A stretch of DNA of 64,000 nucleotides, from NCBI GenBank assembly GCA_047495785.1, contig JBLDXI010000002.1:1116001-1180000 (forward strand), in the 5' to 3' direction. The position numbers and the translations under genes were made by a program. This document shows positions 12,306-26,026 of this stretch, one piece after another. Numbering within the stretch: position 1 is the first letter of the stretch; each line of letters begins with the position of its first letter. The notes below the pieces were generated by a model. It did no database searches, had not been told where the DNA came from, and worked only from the letters and a program-made list of their open reading frames with translations. This stretch comes from Lepidodermella squamata. Lineage: Eukaryota > Animalia > Gastrotricha.

Positions 12306-15300
12306 CTAGCGCCGAGATGGAGACAGGGGGCGGGAGGGGCTGAGGCCGCGAGTATGCATGGTTGAGACGACCGGTGAAGGGGCGGCGCCGGGCGGGGGCG
12401 AGATGCCGTGGCGACGCAAGTGCTGGCTCAGCCGCTCGCGCTCGAATCGTTCGTGCGTCAAACTGCGCCTGCTTCGCTCGAGTTCGGTTTCGCAGTCCAA
12501 CAGACGCTAAAAAAAAATAAAAAAGTTAAAAGTTTGACAAATGAAAAACAAAAAACAAAATTTACTCAACGTTTTCCTTAATCCAAATACTAATTTATCC
12601 CAAAAAGTTTAGGAATAAAAAATTAGGAATTTTTGGCTATTATTTGGACAATTATCGCACCAAATAGAGATTACATTAAATACTTGAATTAAGCCTTTGG
12701 AGGCAGCAATCGATTCGTAATTGCTAATTGCGAAAAATTCTGATCGGAAAAAATCATGTAATTCTTGAAAATTTTAAAAATTCAGAAAATTCAGAAAATA
12801 TTATTGCAAAATTCTACAATAATTTCCAATAATGTCGAAATTAACTAGTTGAAGAATATGTTCGCTTTTAGCCGAAATTTGATAAATATTCGGATAGATT
12901 TTTCATTTTTTTCAAAATCCAGAGAAATTCGGTCCAATTATAGCTAAAAAATACCGATAATTACCAAACAAGCTATTATCGGTTTTTTTTCATTTTCAAT
13001 TTTTTCAATGAAATAGTGGATGGATGATGGGATATGCTCTTAGTATATTTTATTTATTTTAGGAAAACGAAAAATTTGCAACAAAAAGATGGAAAAGCGA
13101 ATTATGGGAATCGCTGTAACTATAAAGTGACTGGTAAAATATTGTGAAATCTTACCGTTCTGAGGGTGATGAGTTCCGAAGTTTGACTTTCGCATTTCGA
13201 CTCGACCATGCGCAACTTTTCAACCGTGCACTCCAAAGTCGAAACCGCAGACTGAGAAAATTAAAAAAAAATTAATAAACTCCACCTTAATTATTTTGTC
13301 GAATTACGCACCTGTTTCGCTGTTTCCGCTGCGTATTGATTTTGCCGTTCCGAGTGAAGAATTCTCTCCAGACCGGCCGCAGTTGACCGCTCAGCCGCAA
13401 CTTGTTGCCGCAAAAGTTCAACCTCCGTCCGCAACTCCTCGCCAACTCGTTCCGACGACGCTAATTCCGCCTCTTTCGACGCAACCTGGCGCTGCAGCAT
13501 ATCACGGGCCGACTCTAACTTGGCACACAAATCGCGAACAGCCTGCAGGTCACGCATCAACGACTCGCGCTCACACGCCGCCTGGCGAAGTTCGTCCTCC
13601 AGAGCAGCTCGTTTCCGATCGCAAGTGCCTAGCGCCAACTCAGTTTGATGCGCACCCTGCGTCGCTTGCCTCGTTTCATGCTCCAACTGGCGCAACCGCT
13701 CGCGTAACCGGCCAATATCAGCCAGGCGCAGCTCCAACTCCTGCCTCAGCCCAACAGTTTCATCCGAAAGGCGATTCGCGTTCAAGTTCGCTGCCTCGGC
13801 GTCACCACAAGCCCGGCGGTATTGGTCGAGAATCTCCTGTCGCTCCCGTTCCTTCGCCGCTAGAATGTCCTCAGCCCGTTGCACCTCGAACAAATAGTCC
13901 TGAACCTGCCGTTTCAGCTCGTCACGCTCTCGTGACGTCGCACCTAGCTCGGCTGAAAACGCACTACTCTCGCGGGATAGCGCCGAAACCTCCTCGCGAA
14001 GCCGCGAAACCTCCCGCCGGCTCGTATCCAACTCGACCCGGCTCTCCTTCAACTCACCAGCCGTTGCGTCTAGCTGGCGGGTGATCTGCCGAATCTCCCG
14101 CTCCTTCGACCTAATATTATCCTCAGCATCGGATAATTTCGTCTGAGTATCAACCAACGACTCGCGTAACGTTGCGTTCACCTTATTCGCCATAGCTAAC
14201 TCGTCGCTGAGATACGCACCCCGTTCGGTTTTTTCGTCGACCAGGTGCGATAATGAGTCGCGCTCTCGGTCCAGCTCCATCAAATTCTTGCGTAAACGGT
14301 CGATTTCCGACTCGAGACGCGACCGATTCTCCTCCAGCTCACTCAACCGCTTATCCTGGGCGATTTCGTTCTCGCGAGATGCGGCTAGCGCGGCCTCTTT
14401 CGCGGCGAGACGGGTTCGTAATTCGCTAACCGACGACTCGGCCTCGTCTAGGAGTAGTTTCAAATGCTGCCCGGTCGATCGTTGCCGCTCTAAATCCGAC
14501 TCGAGGCGAGATAAATCGCCTTCTAACCGAGATTTCTGCAACTCCAACTCGTCGACTCGCGACCTAGAATCCGCGAGTTGCGTCGATAGAGTCGCCCGGT
14601 CACGGTCCAGTGAGTCGATAACCGCACGCTGGTCCTCCGCCCTGAGTTCTGACTGGGTCCGCTCACTCAGCAGCTGCTCGCTATTCATTTTCAACCGATC
14701 CCTTAACGCATCTCGCTCGGAATTAACGCGACGTAGCTCTGAGGCGATTTCGTCCCGTTCCTGTTCGAGGCGGCGAATTGCCAGGTCGACCGAGGCCGGG
14801 GTGGGCCCGCGGCTGCTGGTCAAACGGCGGATCTCCTCCTCGCTGCGACGCGTGATATCAGAGGCGCGGTCACGCTCGGCCGCTAGGAGTTTATTCGCGG
14901 CGGTTACATCAGCCAATTGCTGGCGCAATTTCTCGACTAACCGGGCCATTTCCTCCCGCTCCCGGTCGAACCCGGGTTCGTTCGCGACCAGGTTCGGGTC
15001 AGACCGGCTGCGGGCTCGGCTACGCACCGGTGATTTCGACTCGCTGCGATTCTGCGCCGCCTTAGTCGGGCTGGGTGACCGGTGGGTCGAGCGGCCCCGG
15101 GTGGGTGACGCCGCCCCGCCGATCCCGGACGGTAGCCCGATCGAGTAGCGGCGGATAATTTCCTGCAAATGATCAACTTGTTGCCGCCAGTAGTCGCGTT
15201 CCGACTCCAATTCGTGGATCCAAGCGTCGACCTTGGACGGGCTCGACGCCCGGGTGGTCCGGCTAGCACCCGGCGGCGCCCCTTTCACGCGACCCCGGCC

Positions 15301-18300
15301 CGCATTCGGCACAGTTGCCGTAACGCCACATCCCGACTTCCGCTGGCACCTCTCCAGCTCTAAAATCAGTTCCCGCTCGTTCGACGTCAATCGATTAACC
15401 CGCTCCGTCAAACGGTGCTTATCCTCCTTAAGACACGCGCATAGCGTTGAGACGCGCTCGAGCTCAACCTCACGGCTCTGCAGGGATCGCCGGACCTCGG
15501 CGTTTTCAACCTCAAACCGGCTGACAGCCTCGCGTAATCGGGCTAGTTCGTGCTCGGCCTCTCGCAGCATTCGCCGGGTCTGGTCCAACTCGACCCTCGC
15601 AGATGATAGATTCATATCCACCGTCCTGATAGCGGCTTCTTTCTCGCGTTCCGCCTTTTCGACAGCGCAGTCCACTTCTTTAATGCTGACCTCGAGCTCG
15701 CGATTCACGGCGTCGAGTTCTACGCTGCGGCTGTGGGCGGCGCGGCTTTCGGCCGTCGCCATTTCGACCTGGCGCTCCAGTTCGCGCGTTCGTTCTTGCA
15801 GGTAGTCGACCTGGATGTTGAGTTGGGCGATGAGGCGCTCATTGGCGCGGTTTTTAGCTTCTAGCGTTACGATATCGACTGATTTTCCGCCGATTCCGCT
15901 CGCGCCGAATGACTCTAGCTCGCGTTGCAGGCGCTGGATTTCAGACTCGCGAGCTTCGACCTAATAAAGGAAAAAATCACAAAATTCAATGACCGATCGG
16001 GAAAATTGTGTAAAAATGACATCAAGCTTTGAATTTGGATCCAAGATACTTATCGAGATAGGTTTTGCCTAAAGACCAATCATTATAACAAATGAAGTAG
16101 GCATAAAATGTCGGAAAAATTTGACTAAATTTGCAAAAATAACTCTGAAAATATTTTTAGAGAAAAATAATGAATTTTTTCGGAATTAAATTCTAATTAA
16201 TTTCAGCCGGCCAATTAAGCTTGAAATCGAGATATGTATCAAGTTGTAGAAAACAGCAGATTAATTAACACAAACAAGCTCACAAACAGATAAACCATTT
16301 TTATGGGTTTCATGCGTTACATGAGACATTTACCTGAGCCGGAGCCCAATATGGAACCTTGATTCAGAAAAAAAGCAAACAATCGAATTTAATTGGGATT
16401 TCTAGAATTTCTCATTGATGAATCTTTCCAGTTGTTTTTAGAAGCTTTGCCCGGAGTTCCAACAAATCATCAATCAGTAAATTTTCCATATATTTTCAAT
16501 TCAATTTTTCAAAAATTGCATTCAATTTCAGCGAAATAAATTCTTTTTTTTATAAATCATTTTTTATGAAGGATCGTTTTAATTCGAAAAAAATATATAA
16601 TTCTGGAGAGTCGTATCAGCTTACAATCACTTTTATATTGCGATTTTCCCATGATGAAATTTAGCCTCGATTTCTGTACCCGATTTCCCCATCAATTCGG
16701 ATTTCTGAGGGGCTAGCCGTCACTAATAAAATTAGTCAAAATCTGTATTATTTGTTAGGGCAGTGATGTGAAGAGTAACTTTCAATTTAGTCCAGAATTT
16801 TATTGCAGAATATTTCCTATAAATACCGAATTCGAATACCAAAAAAAACGAACTGACCTCGAGTCGAACCGATCGCCTGGCCTTACTGCCATTACGTCGC
16901 AATGACATGGCTTACAAAATCAATTTAAAACTCAGCCGAAAATATGTGCGGCTCGTAAAAACAACCTAAAGTTAGCCGAGTAATATTGCGCAGTTATTAA
17001 ACGTATTCTGTTGTAAAAATTTGCGACAAAGCGCGGCGAACAATAGACGATTGGGTTGTGAAAAATTGGCGTAACACCGCGCCTATTGACAAAGTAAGAG
17101 TCGCCGTAAATCGCTGCAGATTATTGTGAAACGGATGAGTGCACAAGGTGAAGGGATTAAGGTCTACCGAAATCAAAGCCCGTGTGTTTACTCGCGCCTA
17201 GAATGAGATGATGATAACCCATTGACAAGGCATAAAGCACTTGAAAGGCAGTGAAAAAGATCATTTTCTCAAAAACAAGCTTTAATACTTATTGACTGGC
17301 AGTTGGTTGGCCCGCCTAAATCTGTGTGAATAGCGACGCGGGCCCGTAAACAGAAAAATCAAAACACGGCTAGAAAAAGGCCATCATCATGGTCAGAAAA
17401 CGGCCACCAGGTATATGAGCGGGCGCGCGCGGGGGCAAAAATGGGCGCGGCGTGAAGTAAAACAAAATAATAAATTAGGCAAAACAACGTGAAAAGAGAT
17501 GAATATTGTGGATCCACTTGATGATAAACACGGCGCGCGCTCGCCCGCCACAACATGCGCTGAATTATTCAGAAGACATTTTTGGGCGCACTTTTTAAGG
17601 AAGGTGCGACGACCCGTGTTGTTTTCACGACGGGTTGTGTTATTTACAATATCGGTACACTGCGAGCTTGCCAATAATTGAGAGCTGGATGGAGAGAGAC
17701 ACCGTTTCGCTACTACTACTACAACTGAACACAAATAACCCGCAAAGCAGGACATTTGTTGTTCTAATGCAGCTTTTATTTGAAAACAATTGAATGGCAT
17801 AACCTACTGGCTTTATGTGCGTGAAATCTGTATTAATAAATCGAGTCTATCAATAATAAATTGCGGCGACATTGATCAGCGAAAATGCCCGCTAATGGCT
17901 TGCAGTAAAAACAATAACCGCCCTCCGGATCTTTCGATTCCGCAGGCGGGTCAACGTTAAACAATAATCTCAGCTGAATACACACATTTTTATCGCAAAA
18001 ATAAACAAAGGTGATTGCCTAGTTAATTGCACGGCTTCGCAAATACTTATATAATTTTGTTTACAGGTAGCTAAAACGCTAAGCTCTAGGGCTTTTTGCG
18101 AGCGCGACAATCGATAACCATCAAGTAAAAATGGCAGGTTATTTTCGTTGAAAATTGAAAAACAAGAAAATCACTAGAGTCGCACTAAAGAATAAATTTA
18201 TTAACCCTCTCAACTACAAAAAATCGCCCTTAAAGCGCTAATTTATTCGATTTTCGCATGAGAGGCTGATGAAAAATGAACGGAAGTTTTCGTGAATTTT

Positions 18301-19550
18301 TTTGTCGCAACAGACCTGGCCTGTAAGAAGCTTAATTGTATCCGAGTGTGCGTCTTTTTCTGCGCTGAGGGCAAGATTTTTTTGCCGCAGAGTCGATAAT
18401 TCGTCCTCGACTAATTGCAGCATATCGGCGACGTATGGATCGACATGGGCGACTAATTTCGAAACGCCATTCGGGCCCGGATTTGCGGGCAAAGGACCCT
18501 CTAAAACCATTCGCTGACGTCGATAGGCCAACTGCGCCTTACGACCGCCCGGAGTTTGAACAACAGCTTGCATATTTCGCTCCTGAAAAATCAAATTAAA
18601 ACAAAATTTCAAATATTTTTTCAAAAAATGTACCTGAAGTTCGGCAATTCGATCGGCCCTTCGAGAAGCTTCAGCCTCAAGTCGCTGCAATTTTTCCATA
18701 GTTTGGTTGTGCAAAAACTTCAAATCAGTGTTTTCATGCTCCAATTTCCGAATTGTAGTTTTGAGAGCTTTCAGCCGCTCTTCGAAACTCTCGCGAGCTT
18801 TCAAATGTTGATGATTCAGTTGATTGACCAGGGCGGATAGGCGAGAGTTGTCGCTTCGATAAGCCTCGACGGCCTCTTCATGATGGTCCTTCTCCTTTCG
18901 AACGTCCTTCTCATTTTCTTTACCGATGTTGAGCTTGACCTTTCGAAGCGAATCCGTTGTGTGAATGAGGTCGGATAGTAAGCGTTCAACAAGCGGAACA
19001 GAATCTCGTCCGACGGCTAGGAGAAAAAATCATAAAAAAATACATTTTCGCTGAATTCAGCATTCAAAAATACCGCTACCCATTCAACCTAACTAACAAC
19101 TTGGAATGATCAAAATACGACCGATACCCCTGATTTTTTTGGGTTCTGGGTCAAACATACTATAAAAATGAAAATTAGACACTAGGTAACAAAAAATCAC
19201 TTAACCGGAAATATAGAAAATCCACCTTAAATTTTCTAAAATTGTCCTGATTTGGCCGTTAACAAAAGTATGGTATGTAGATTTCTACCCCATTTTTTCT
19301 GATTTTATCAAAAATAAATAAAAATGAAATAAAAATACCGATGAAATAAAATCCGCTCTGTCTCTCATATTTTTTCGAAAATGATAAACGACGAGATATT
19401 CGATGTACCTTGTGAATATCCGAACTGATCTAATCGCCTTCTAAGAACATTGTACCGCGACTCGGTACACGAATCATCGAGATCAGCGCTGAATTTCGAC
19501 TCGTTAATATTGGCCGAAAACTGCGACAGGCGCGAAGAGCTACGATCCAT
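12306..19550 (-). CDS. CEP135: Centrosomal protein 135 (Bld10/CEP135) homologue, about 6 exons
   Basis: The N-terminus RYNVLRRRLDQFGYSQ...VPLVERLLSDLIHTTDSLRK and the motifs AVVQTPGGRK and DPYVADMLQL match remembered CEP135. Long coiled coil in a 2.65-kb exon (~13311-15960). The last exon contains ERERLSQHLRRHG. Confidence 0.92.
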
Positions 19551-20103
19551 TTTTTTCACGATAACAAATTAACGGCCCTTTCGCCTAAAAAAAATTATCA
19601 CGACGATAATCAGGTGATGAATAAACAGAGTGCGGTGATTTTTCATGTTTGTTTTTTTTATTTTGATTTGTTGAAACAAATAATAGTGTTGCACTGTACG
19701 TTGCAGCCGTGACGTTGCATCAGCCCAACCGACAGCGGCGCGGAAGAAAGCTGGCAAGTAGCACAACGGATGTTTTCATATGAAAAGACATATCATTTGT
19801 GAATGTAATATATATAGATATTTAGATAGATATAGATATATATAATGACGGCATTTTTCCCACTTTCAACGCAAAGATACAACGCATTCGCAACGAAATA
19901 ACTTGCTCTGGTTTTAATTAAAAGAGAAAAAATCTCGTAAAATTTGAGCTGGGACGGCTCGTGCATATGATGTCCTAAAAAATAACCAGTGAATGCATTC
20001 TTAATAACACGGAAGTTTGTAACAAAAAGAGAGTCAATTTTCACTTGATGTCATTTAGTGAGCACACTTTTCATGTTGAGCATTCGATGTGGGTATACAG
20101 GGG

Positions 20104-21916
20104 CTAGTAGTACGTGGAAATAGCAGAAGCAGCGGCGGCGGTGGGTTGTTGGTGCTGCATTGTCTCAGCAGTTGCAGCATCGAAGGGCACAGCGCGAAGG
20201 TAATTTCGAGCCGACGTTGAATGCATCGGGTTATTCGCGATTGCGTTGGCAAGCACGCGCCCGGCCAGCGACAACTCGCCCTCGTCCGGATTATCCAACT
20301 TGGCCAGGTTGTGAATTGAGTCACGCGCGTTCGTCACCACCTTCGCAGTTCCGAAAATCTGGGAGCGCGCGCGCGCAGAACAAAAGCGGGATTAAAATTA
20401 TAATCCACCTTAAAAATTGTGCCTACCATTTTAAAACACGCTATCCAGTGGCGATCGATGCAGGCGATTGCCTCGCGCCAATTACTCGGCCGGCGGCGCA
20501 GGACACAAATGTCGGTCCACACCATTTCAGTCGGGCCGTAAGCGCTCTCCATTTCGCGAATGACGACATCGCTGAGGAAAGTCGACAGGGCGTCGTTACA
20601 GGGCGACGACGGCTGAAGTGATCGACGACCTCCTGCACCAGTAATAGGACGAGGCTGAGATTGCGGGTTGAAACGAGGATGAGGCGACTTACTGCCGGGC
20701 TGGTAATTCGGGCTTCGAGCGTAGTTCATCTAAAACCAGCAATTAAAAATTATTAAAAATTAAGGCGGATCAATTATATATATTTACGCTGGGAGGAGGA
20801 ACAGCTGACTGAGACCGTGGTTCCTGATCAAGCTCCCAGGGAATACTGCGACTTGAGGTCAGCTGCATACCCCTGCCGCCCATTTGCTGTGGGGCGAACT
20901 TCCCTCCTCTTGATTGATAATGTGACTGCAATTGGGGGATAAGTGGTTGCTGCTGGGGTTGGAGATGCTTTGGTACGATCCCATTATCACTCCAGTCAGC
21001 AGTCATTTGATGTTGATGTTGCGGTTGCATCGCATAATTGTTCACCGGAGCCATCGCAGGTCTATTCGGGAAATTCGAGACAATAGGGGTAGTCGGGTTC
21101 GGGGAGTCACCTACAAATCAAGAATCATCATCTGTTCCAAAAAAATCGGCAGAAAAATTACTGAAATCCATCAAATCTGAGCTAGATTGACGCCGTTCGG
21201 TGAAGACGCCAGATTGACGGCGGTCGAGAGATTCGATTTCGTCGGGCGGGGTAATTACGACATTTCGAAGCATTTGCGCAGTTCGAGAGTCGAAAGCTTG
21301 CGGCGGGGGTGGCAAGACAAATAGCTGGCCGTCTCGTTCGGCGATGACTGAAAGCCCACTAACACGGGTTTTGTTTGACAAAATGCGATCACCGGTGAAA
21401 ACCATGACCTGACGCAGGCCGGTCGGGTCATTGTGGCAGAGATAAAGAGCGCTGAGCAGAATATTGTCGTCATTTGTCGTGTGAGGTAAATTAGCACTGG
21501 CGCATTTAGCCGCGTCATTAGCAGTTTCAAATGAGAAGCTCAGATTGGCGTGTTCGAGAGATAAATCGAGAAGATGCGATATCACATCGACAGAGCTGTG
21601 GATGCTTTGAGCTCCGAATCTCTCGGCTGCATAATCAGTCCTGCGATTAGCTTTCATCGCATCAAGCTCCTGAACAGACATAGACAATTATACAAAATGA
21701 AGTTTTAAAATGATGATCAATCACCTGATGGACAACCCATGGGAAGTAAAACTTCAGATTATTTCGATAGTGGTGCAAAGTAGGCAGAATTCTTCCGAGC
21801 GCTTCGTGGTATTTTATAAAAGAACAGGTATCAACAACAACAATAATTTCATTGTTTCCAGGGGAAACAAGTTCGCGGAAGAATTTTTCCACCAGCAGGC
21901 TGTCAACTTGAGCCAT
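20104..21916 (-). CDS. SWT1: SWT1-like PIN-domain endoribonuclease, 5 exons
   Basis: PIN motifs VVDTCSFI, PWVVHQELDAMK, NDDNILLSAL and FTGDRIL. The SWT1 C-terminal block reads LSTFLSDVVIREMESAYG..W..I...RP..W.EAIACIDRHWIACF. The frame is maintained across manually placed GT-AG introns. Confidence 0.85.
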
Positions 21917-22079
21917 TCAATATCACTCTTTAATCAATTCTAACGAAGAAAAACCAATTTTCTAATCATGTTTTATGTTATAATCAGCGTGAAAAATTAC
22001 GAATACATAACATTTGAATAAGAGCAAAAATGAGCCATTGAAAAATCAGACGAAGTTGAGCAAGAGACAACAAGTCAGA

Positions 22080-22696
22080 TCAGACGAACTTCAGTTTCGA
22101 CTGGTAAAATTCGATCAGCTTCTGTGGCGCTTTTTTACGCAGCTCTTGAGAAGAAACCAGTTCTTTTGCATCACTTCCACGCCACTGCAATCACATCAAA
22201 ATTTAATTAATATGAAGAACAGAGGTTAACCAGCCAACCTTCACGAGAACCATTATCTTTTTTCCCTCCTTGATTGCGCCCAAAATGGTTTCGACTTCTT
22301 TCATAGATCGGTCTTCACTTGATGAGCTTGCTTGATCGACGACCTTGGATGCACTTTCAACCGGCAATTTACCTTGAGCAATAGCCTCATCTAGCCAAAC
22401 ATAAATAATGAGTGATGCGTTCGGAGAAATATGTATTTACTTTTGTGCTTTTCAGCGATCAGCTTAGCCATGTGTTCACTACAACCTTCGCCCAAATTCT
22501 CTTCATTAACCCACGATGCATCGCTCCTGTATTTGTGCGAATTTAATAAAAACAAGAGGCAGATATTACGGGCATACTCTGAATATCCTTTCCATTTGAC
22601 CAGATACTCGAGTTTACGCTTGTCCTTGGCTTGTCTCACATCTAGCAAGGCCTCCACCTCGTAAAAACCATCATCGGGGCTTTCATCGACAACCAT
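22080..22696 (-). CDS. HP1: HP1 family protein (chromodomain plus chromoshadow domain), 4 coding exons
   Basis: Chromodomain YEVEALLD...EYLVKWKGYSE|SDASWVNEENL. Chromoshadow domain KEVETILGA...MVLVK|WRGSDAKELVSSQELRKKAPQKLIEFYQSKLKFV*. Stop at 22080-22082. Confidence 0.92.
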
Positions 22697-25600
22697 TGAA
22701 CAACTATATAAATTAATATCTATGGATTGATGCCGCATACATGAAATCTCCTGACTTAATGAGATATAAAGCTTTATACAATACGCTGGTAACTCTTAAA
22801 ATACAGCTTTCTCCACAGTTTAGAGACTAAAATGGCAAGAATAACTACCAACGTGAAATCGGGCATGATAAGTATGTGCCAGGCAAAAAATAGTCCAACA
22901 TTTGAAACTCAACGTGCGATTTCGGTGCCAAATCGCTTTTTCTTGTCAAAGAATATAGTGTTGCGCAATAATGAATATGCGCCAGCTGTTGTCTTTGCAA
23001 ATGACTGCGAAGATAACGACTCGAATCGCTTATCGGGTCTCATATTTCGTAATATCGCATAATTTCAGCCAATGATGCATTAGCTACTAACTAGAGAATC
23101 GGCATGCGCGCACCCGAGTGTTCGGGAGGATGGAGGAAGTCCTATGAAAACGAGCTGTGTCAGCTGTGATCTGTGATCGAGAGCCAACTGTAACTATAAC
23201 TATTAAAAGCGAAATAAGTGATCCAACTGCTAACTGGCAGTCAACTTTCGATCACAGCCAATTCTCGTGTTATTTTCCGAGGCCTTGGAGAGATAGTCGG
23301 CGTTCAAACGCCAGGAGTTGCCAGATGTTACTGACGCCAAACCGTCGGGGCATCGATCGGGAGTGCTCACGGAAAAATTAAACAATAGGGGGCTTTCAAT
23401 TCTGTTAAGGCAAAAGCCGGAAGCGGAAGCCTTGCAGATCAAAAGTCTCGTAAGCCGGCATTTCCGGCCCTCCCAGGATAGTACCGGTTGCTACGCGCGC
23501 AGGTAAGAACGCTCAAGATTTGTTTTCATTGGCGCCGTGAACCATGTGACGTTTTCACGTGTGTTAGCTAGTACGTATTCAGCTCAACTAAAAAATTTTA
23601 AAATCAGGGTAAAGTCTTATTTGACTTTACACTTGAACTTTAAAATGAAGGGCATCAACTGACTTTGGGTCTTGCAATGCGGGGACGTGATTCTATTGAA
23701 GAAGTTTTGGATCAGCTGGGTTCTCTGCGGCTAGGGAAAGCCGGCCTCTTGACGGTTTACAAGTGTTTTCCTTTTTCTTCTCTTCGGCAAATTTTCAGAG
23801 GTATCTATCAACCTTTCGCAGCATATTACCTTTGCTTGCAGATTGATGCAGAAAGCAAAAACCATATATATCTATCTACATTTTAAAGTTCAAAGCGTTG
23901 AAAATTCTCATCGCAAGGAGTACCCATTTCAGCTTTCAGCAACCCCTAAGGGAAGCTGCAGTGGTAGTAAGTAATATTCACTCATGTTCAGAAAGCAAAT
24001 CTATGCATTTAGTGTCGCCGCATTCGCTCGCAAAGTTGCTTCATCTGTCATGCAGACTGTTTTCCAGTAGGTATTAATGACCGCAATATCAAATGGAGTT
24101 GACAGTTGACGCCCTCAGAAGCGTAGTATGACGTTGCTCAAGTTGAAAATATCCGGAAACTTTGCATTCAGCAACATAGACGTTCAGCGTTTTGCTGCTT
24201 TAATCATCACTTGGGCTTATCAAGTCACAGCTTCACGATTATCAAGTCACAGCTGTCGCTACTAAAGTTAAATTATATCGGATTTCAGCAAAACTGCTCA
24301 ATGTTTATTCCTCATTCCTCATGATAGCTGTCGTCGAGACCTTACTGCGAGTATTCAATAGTAGTTAACTAAGAGACCGATGACTTAAACGGCTGCTAAC
24401 TATTAGTCAACTGGCAGTTAACGGGATGCCGTAATTTAGTTTCAATTTCGCTCCAGTAAATTCAATCCAGTTGAACATTGCATACTAGGCATTTCAACAG
24501 ATTTGGTGATAAGTATTCGATACAGGAATACTTATATTTGGAGATCATAGGAAAAACAGCCCGTTACTACAATTGGTTAGATTGGAAATTGGCCCGATGG
24601 TCTGTAACGGTTGGGGTGGAATCTAACCTGGCTAATCGAATGTTAATCAAAATATGAGTCTTCATGTCGACGAATTCTGTCAGAATTTCCGCCACGACAG
24701 CCGTGCCAAATTACGTAAAACACCATTTGGCCGATTTTCAATCTTATCGCATTCATTTGATCGATTGTTCCTGGTTACTGATCAGTTATTCCATTTCTGA
24801 TAAGCACATGCACGATGCTGACCTCATGCTACCTTATTTTTCTGATAGCGAACATTGCTCATGTAAAATTACCAAACCATACCGCACCTATAATTTTTTA
24901 TATTTTATATTTTGATTGGGCTCCTGTTGCATTTCATGGTCGAATTGGCCGTTTCCGTTCGTTGCCATATGTATATTGAAAACTTTCGTCCAGTAAGATG
25001 CGATCTTCCGCGAGCCTCTTACCATTAGTTGAATGATAATTGACAAGATATTTTATTTGTGCGCTTATGTAGAAGACGTTACTAACGATTTCATTCTGCG
25101 TAACATGAATCTCGAACTGGAGTATGCAGTTTTTTCTCAGCTTCCGAGCTCTTTACTTTCTTATAGATGCTAGTTTTCATATACTTCCTTTAAAATAATA
25201 AGCTAACGCCTGTAAAAATACTTACCGGCGCATAAAAAATAGAAACAAAAGTAAATTGGCCTCTCGAGCCTTGCGTGCATGAGGTTTTTTGGGTCTTACC
25301 AGAAAGAAAGCGGCCGTGATTAGTGATTAATCGCTTCTATATTTCTTCTCGCGATTTTTTCATCCGCACCGCCGTGCACACGAATTTGCGGCGATAATAT
25401 TTTTTCGCTAGAGTATCGTTCCACGTCTTCTTATTAGTGTCCTTTAGCGCGTTGTTTATACTAATATATAACACATCGTATCTTTTTGCATCGTTGCATC
25501 CTAGTATAACAAGATCTTGTAGAAATATATACGTATGTATAGATTCCGCTCAATATATGTGTGTGCGTGCTTGTGTTTGTATTTTATGATTATTTTTTTC

Positions 25601-26026
25601 TATGTGGCTCTTTTTATCTTCGGATTGACCTCGCCTGTGGGCCGGCTAGTCAGTATAGCGCTTGCATGTGTGGTTTGTAGCAACTTTGCCGCGATGATAT
25701 TTTGGATCTCATGAAGTCCGCGGCGCCCCTATTTTGCTTTCTATAGGCCTCTGCTATTTATTATAATATATCGGCAAAAAGTTACTATTGAGCCGGCGCA
25801 AAACCTTGAAAATAATAATAATAATGTCGAAAAACCGCATTGCAATTTTAATAAGAGCAATTCAAAAGCAAAAGAACGTCGTCCCTTGTGAATTGATTCG
25901 CGGCTTTAGTCCCCATTCATCGTCACGACGGCTTTCTGCCCAACCTAATTGTATTATTACTATTTTGCGGTCTTTCTTTATAGACTACCTTTACAGACTT
26001 GTTATTATTTTTTGCGTTGAAAAATT

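Noticed and set aside
13296-15805. Long plus-strand ORFs (262, 286 and 190 aa)
   Set aside because: Antisense shadows of the GC-rich coiled-coil exon of CEP135, with no recognisable domains.
16645-16712. C/D snoRNA-like pattern (ATGATGA...CTGA with ccc/ggg ends)
   Set aside because: It is antisense to the host CEP135 intron, short, and has no convincing rRNA or snRNA guide.
17359-17800. ORFs inside the large CEP135 intron
   Set aside because: No domain or codon-like signal; likely regulatory or non-coding sequence.
20104-22738. Apparent novel chromodomain-PIN (SWT1) fusion protein
   Set aside because: Tracing the exons shows the chromodomain continues into a chromoshadow domain and stops at 22080. 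It is a separate HP1 gene.
23475-23600. Spliced-leader RNA gene around CAG|GTAAG
   Set aside because: No convincing Sm site or SL hairpins. An ordinary donor site explains it.
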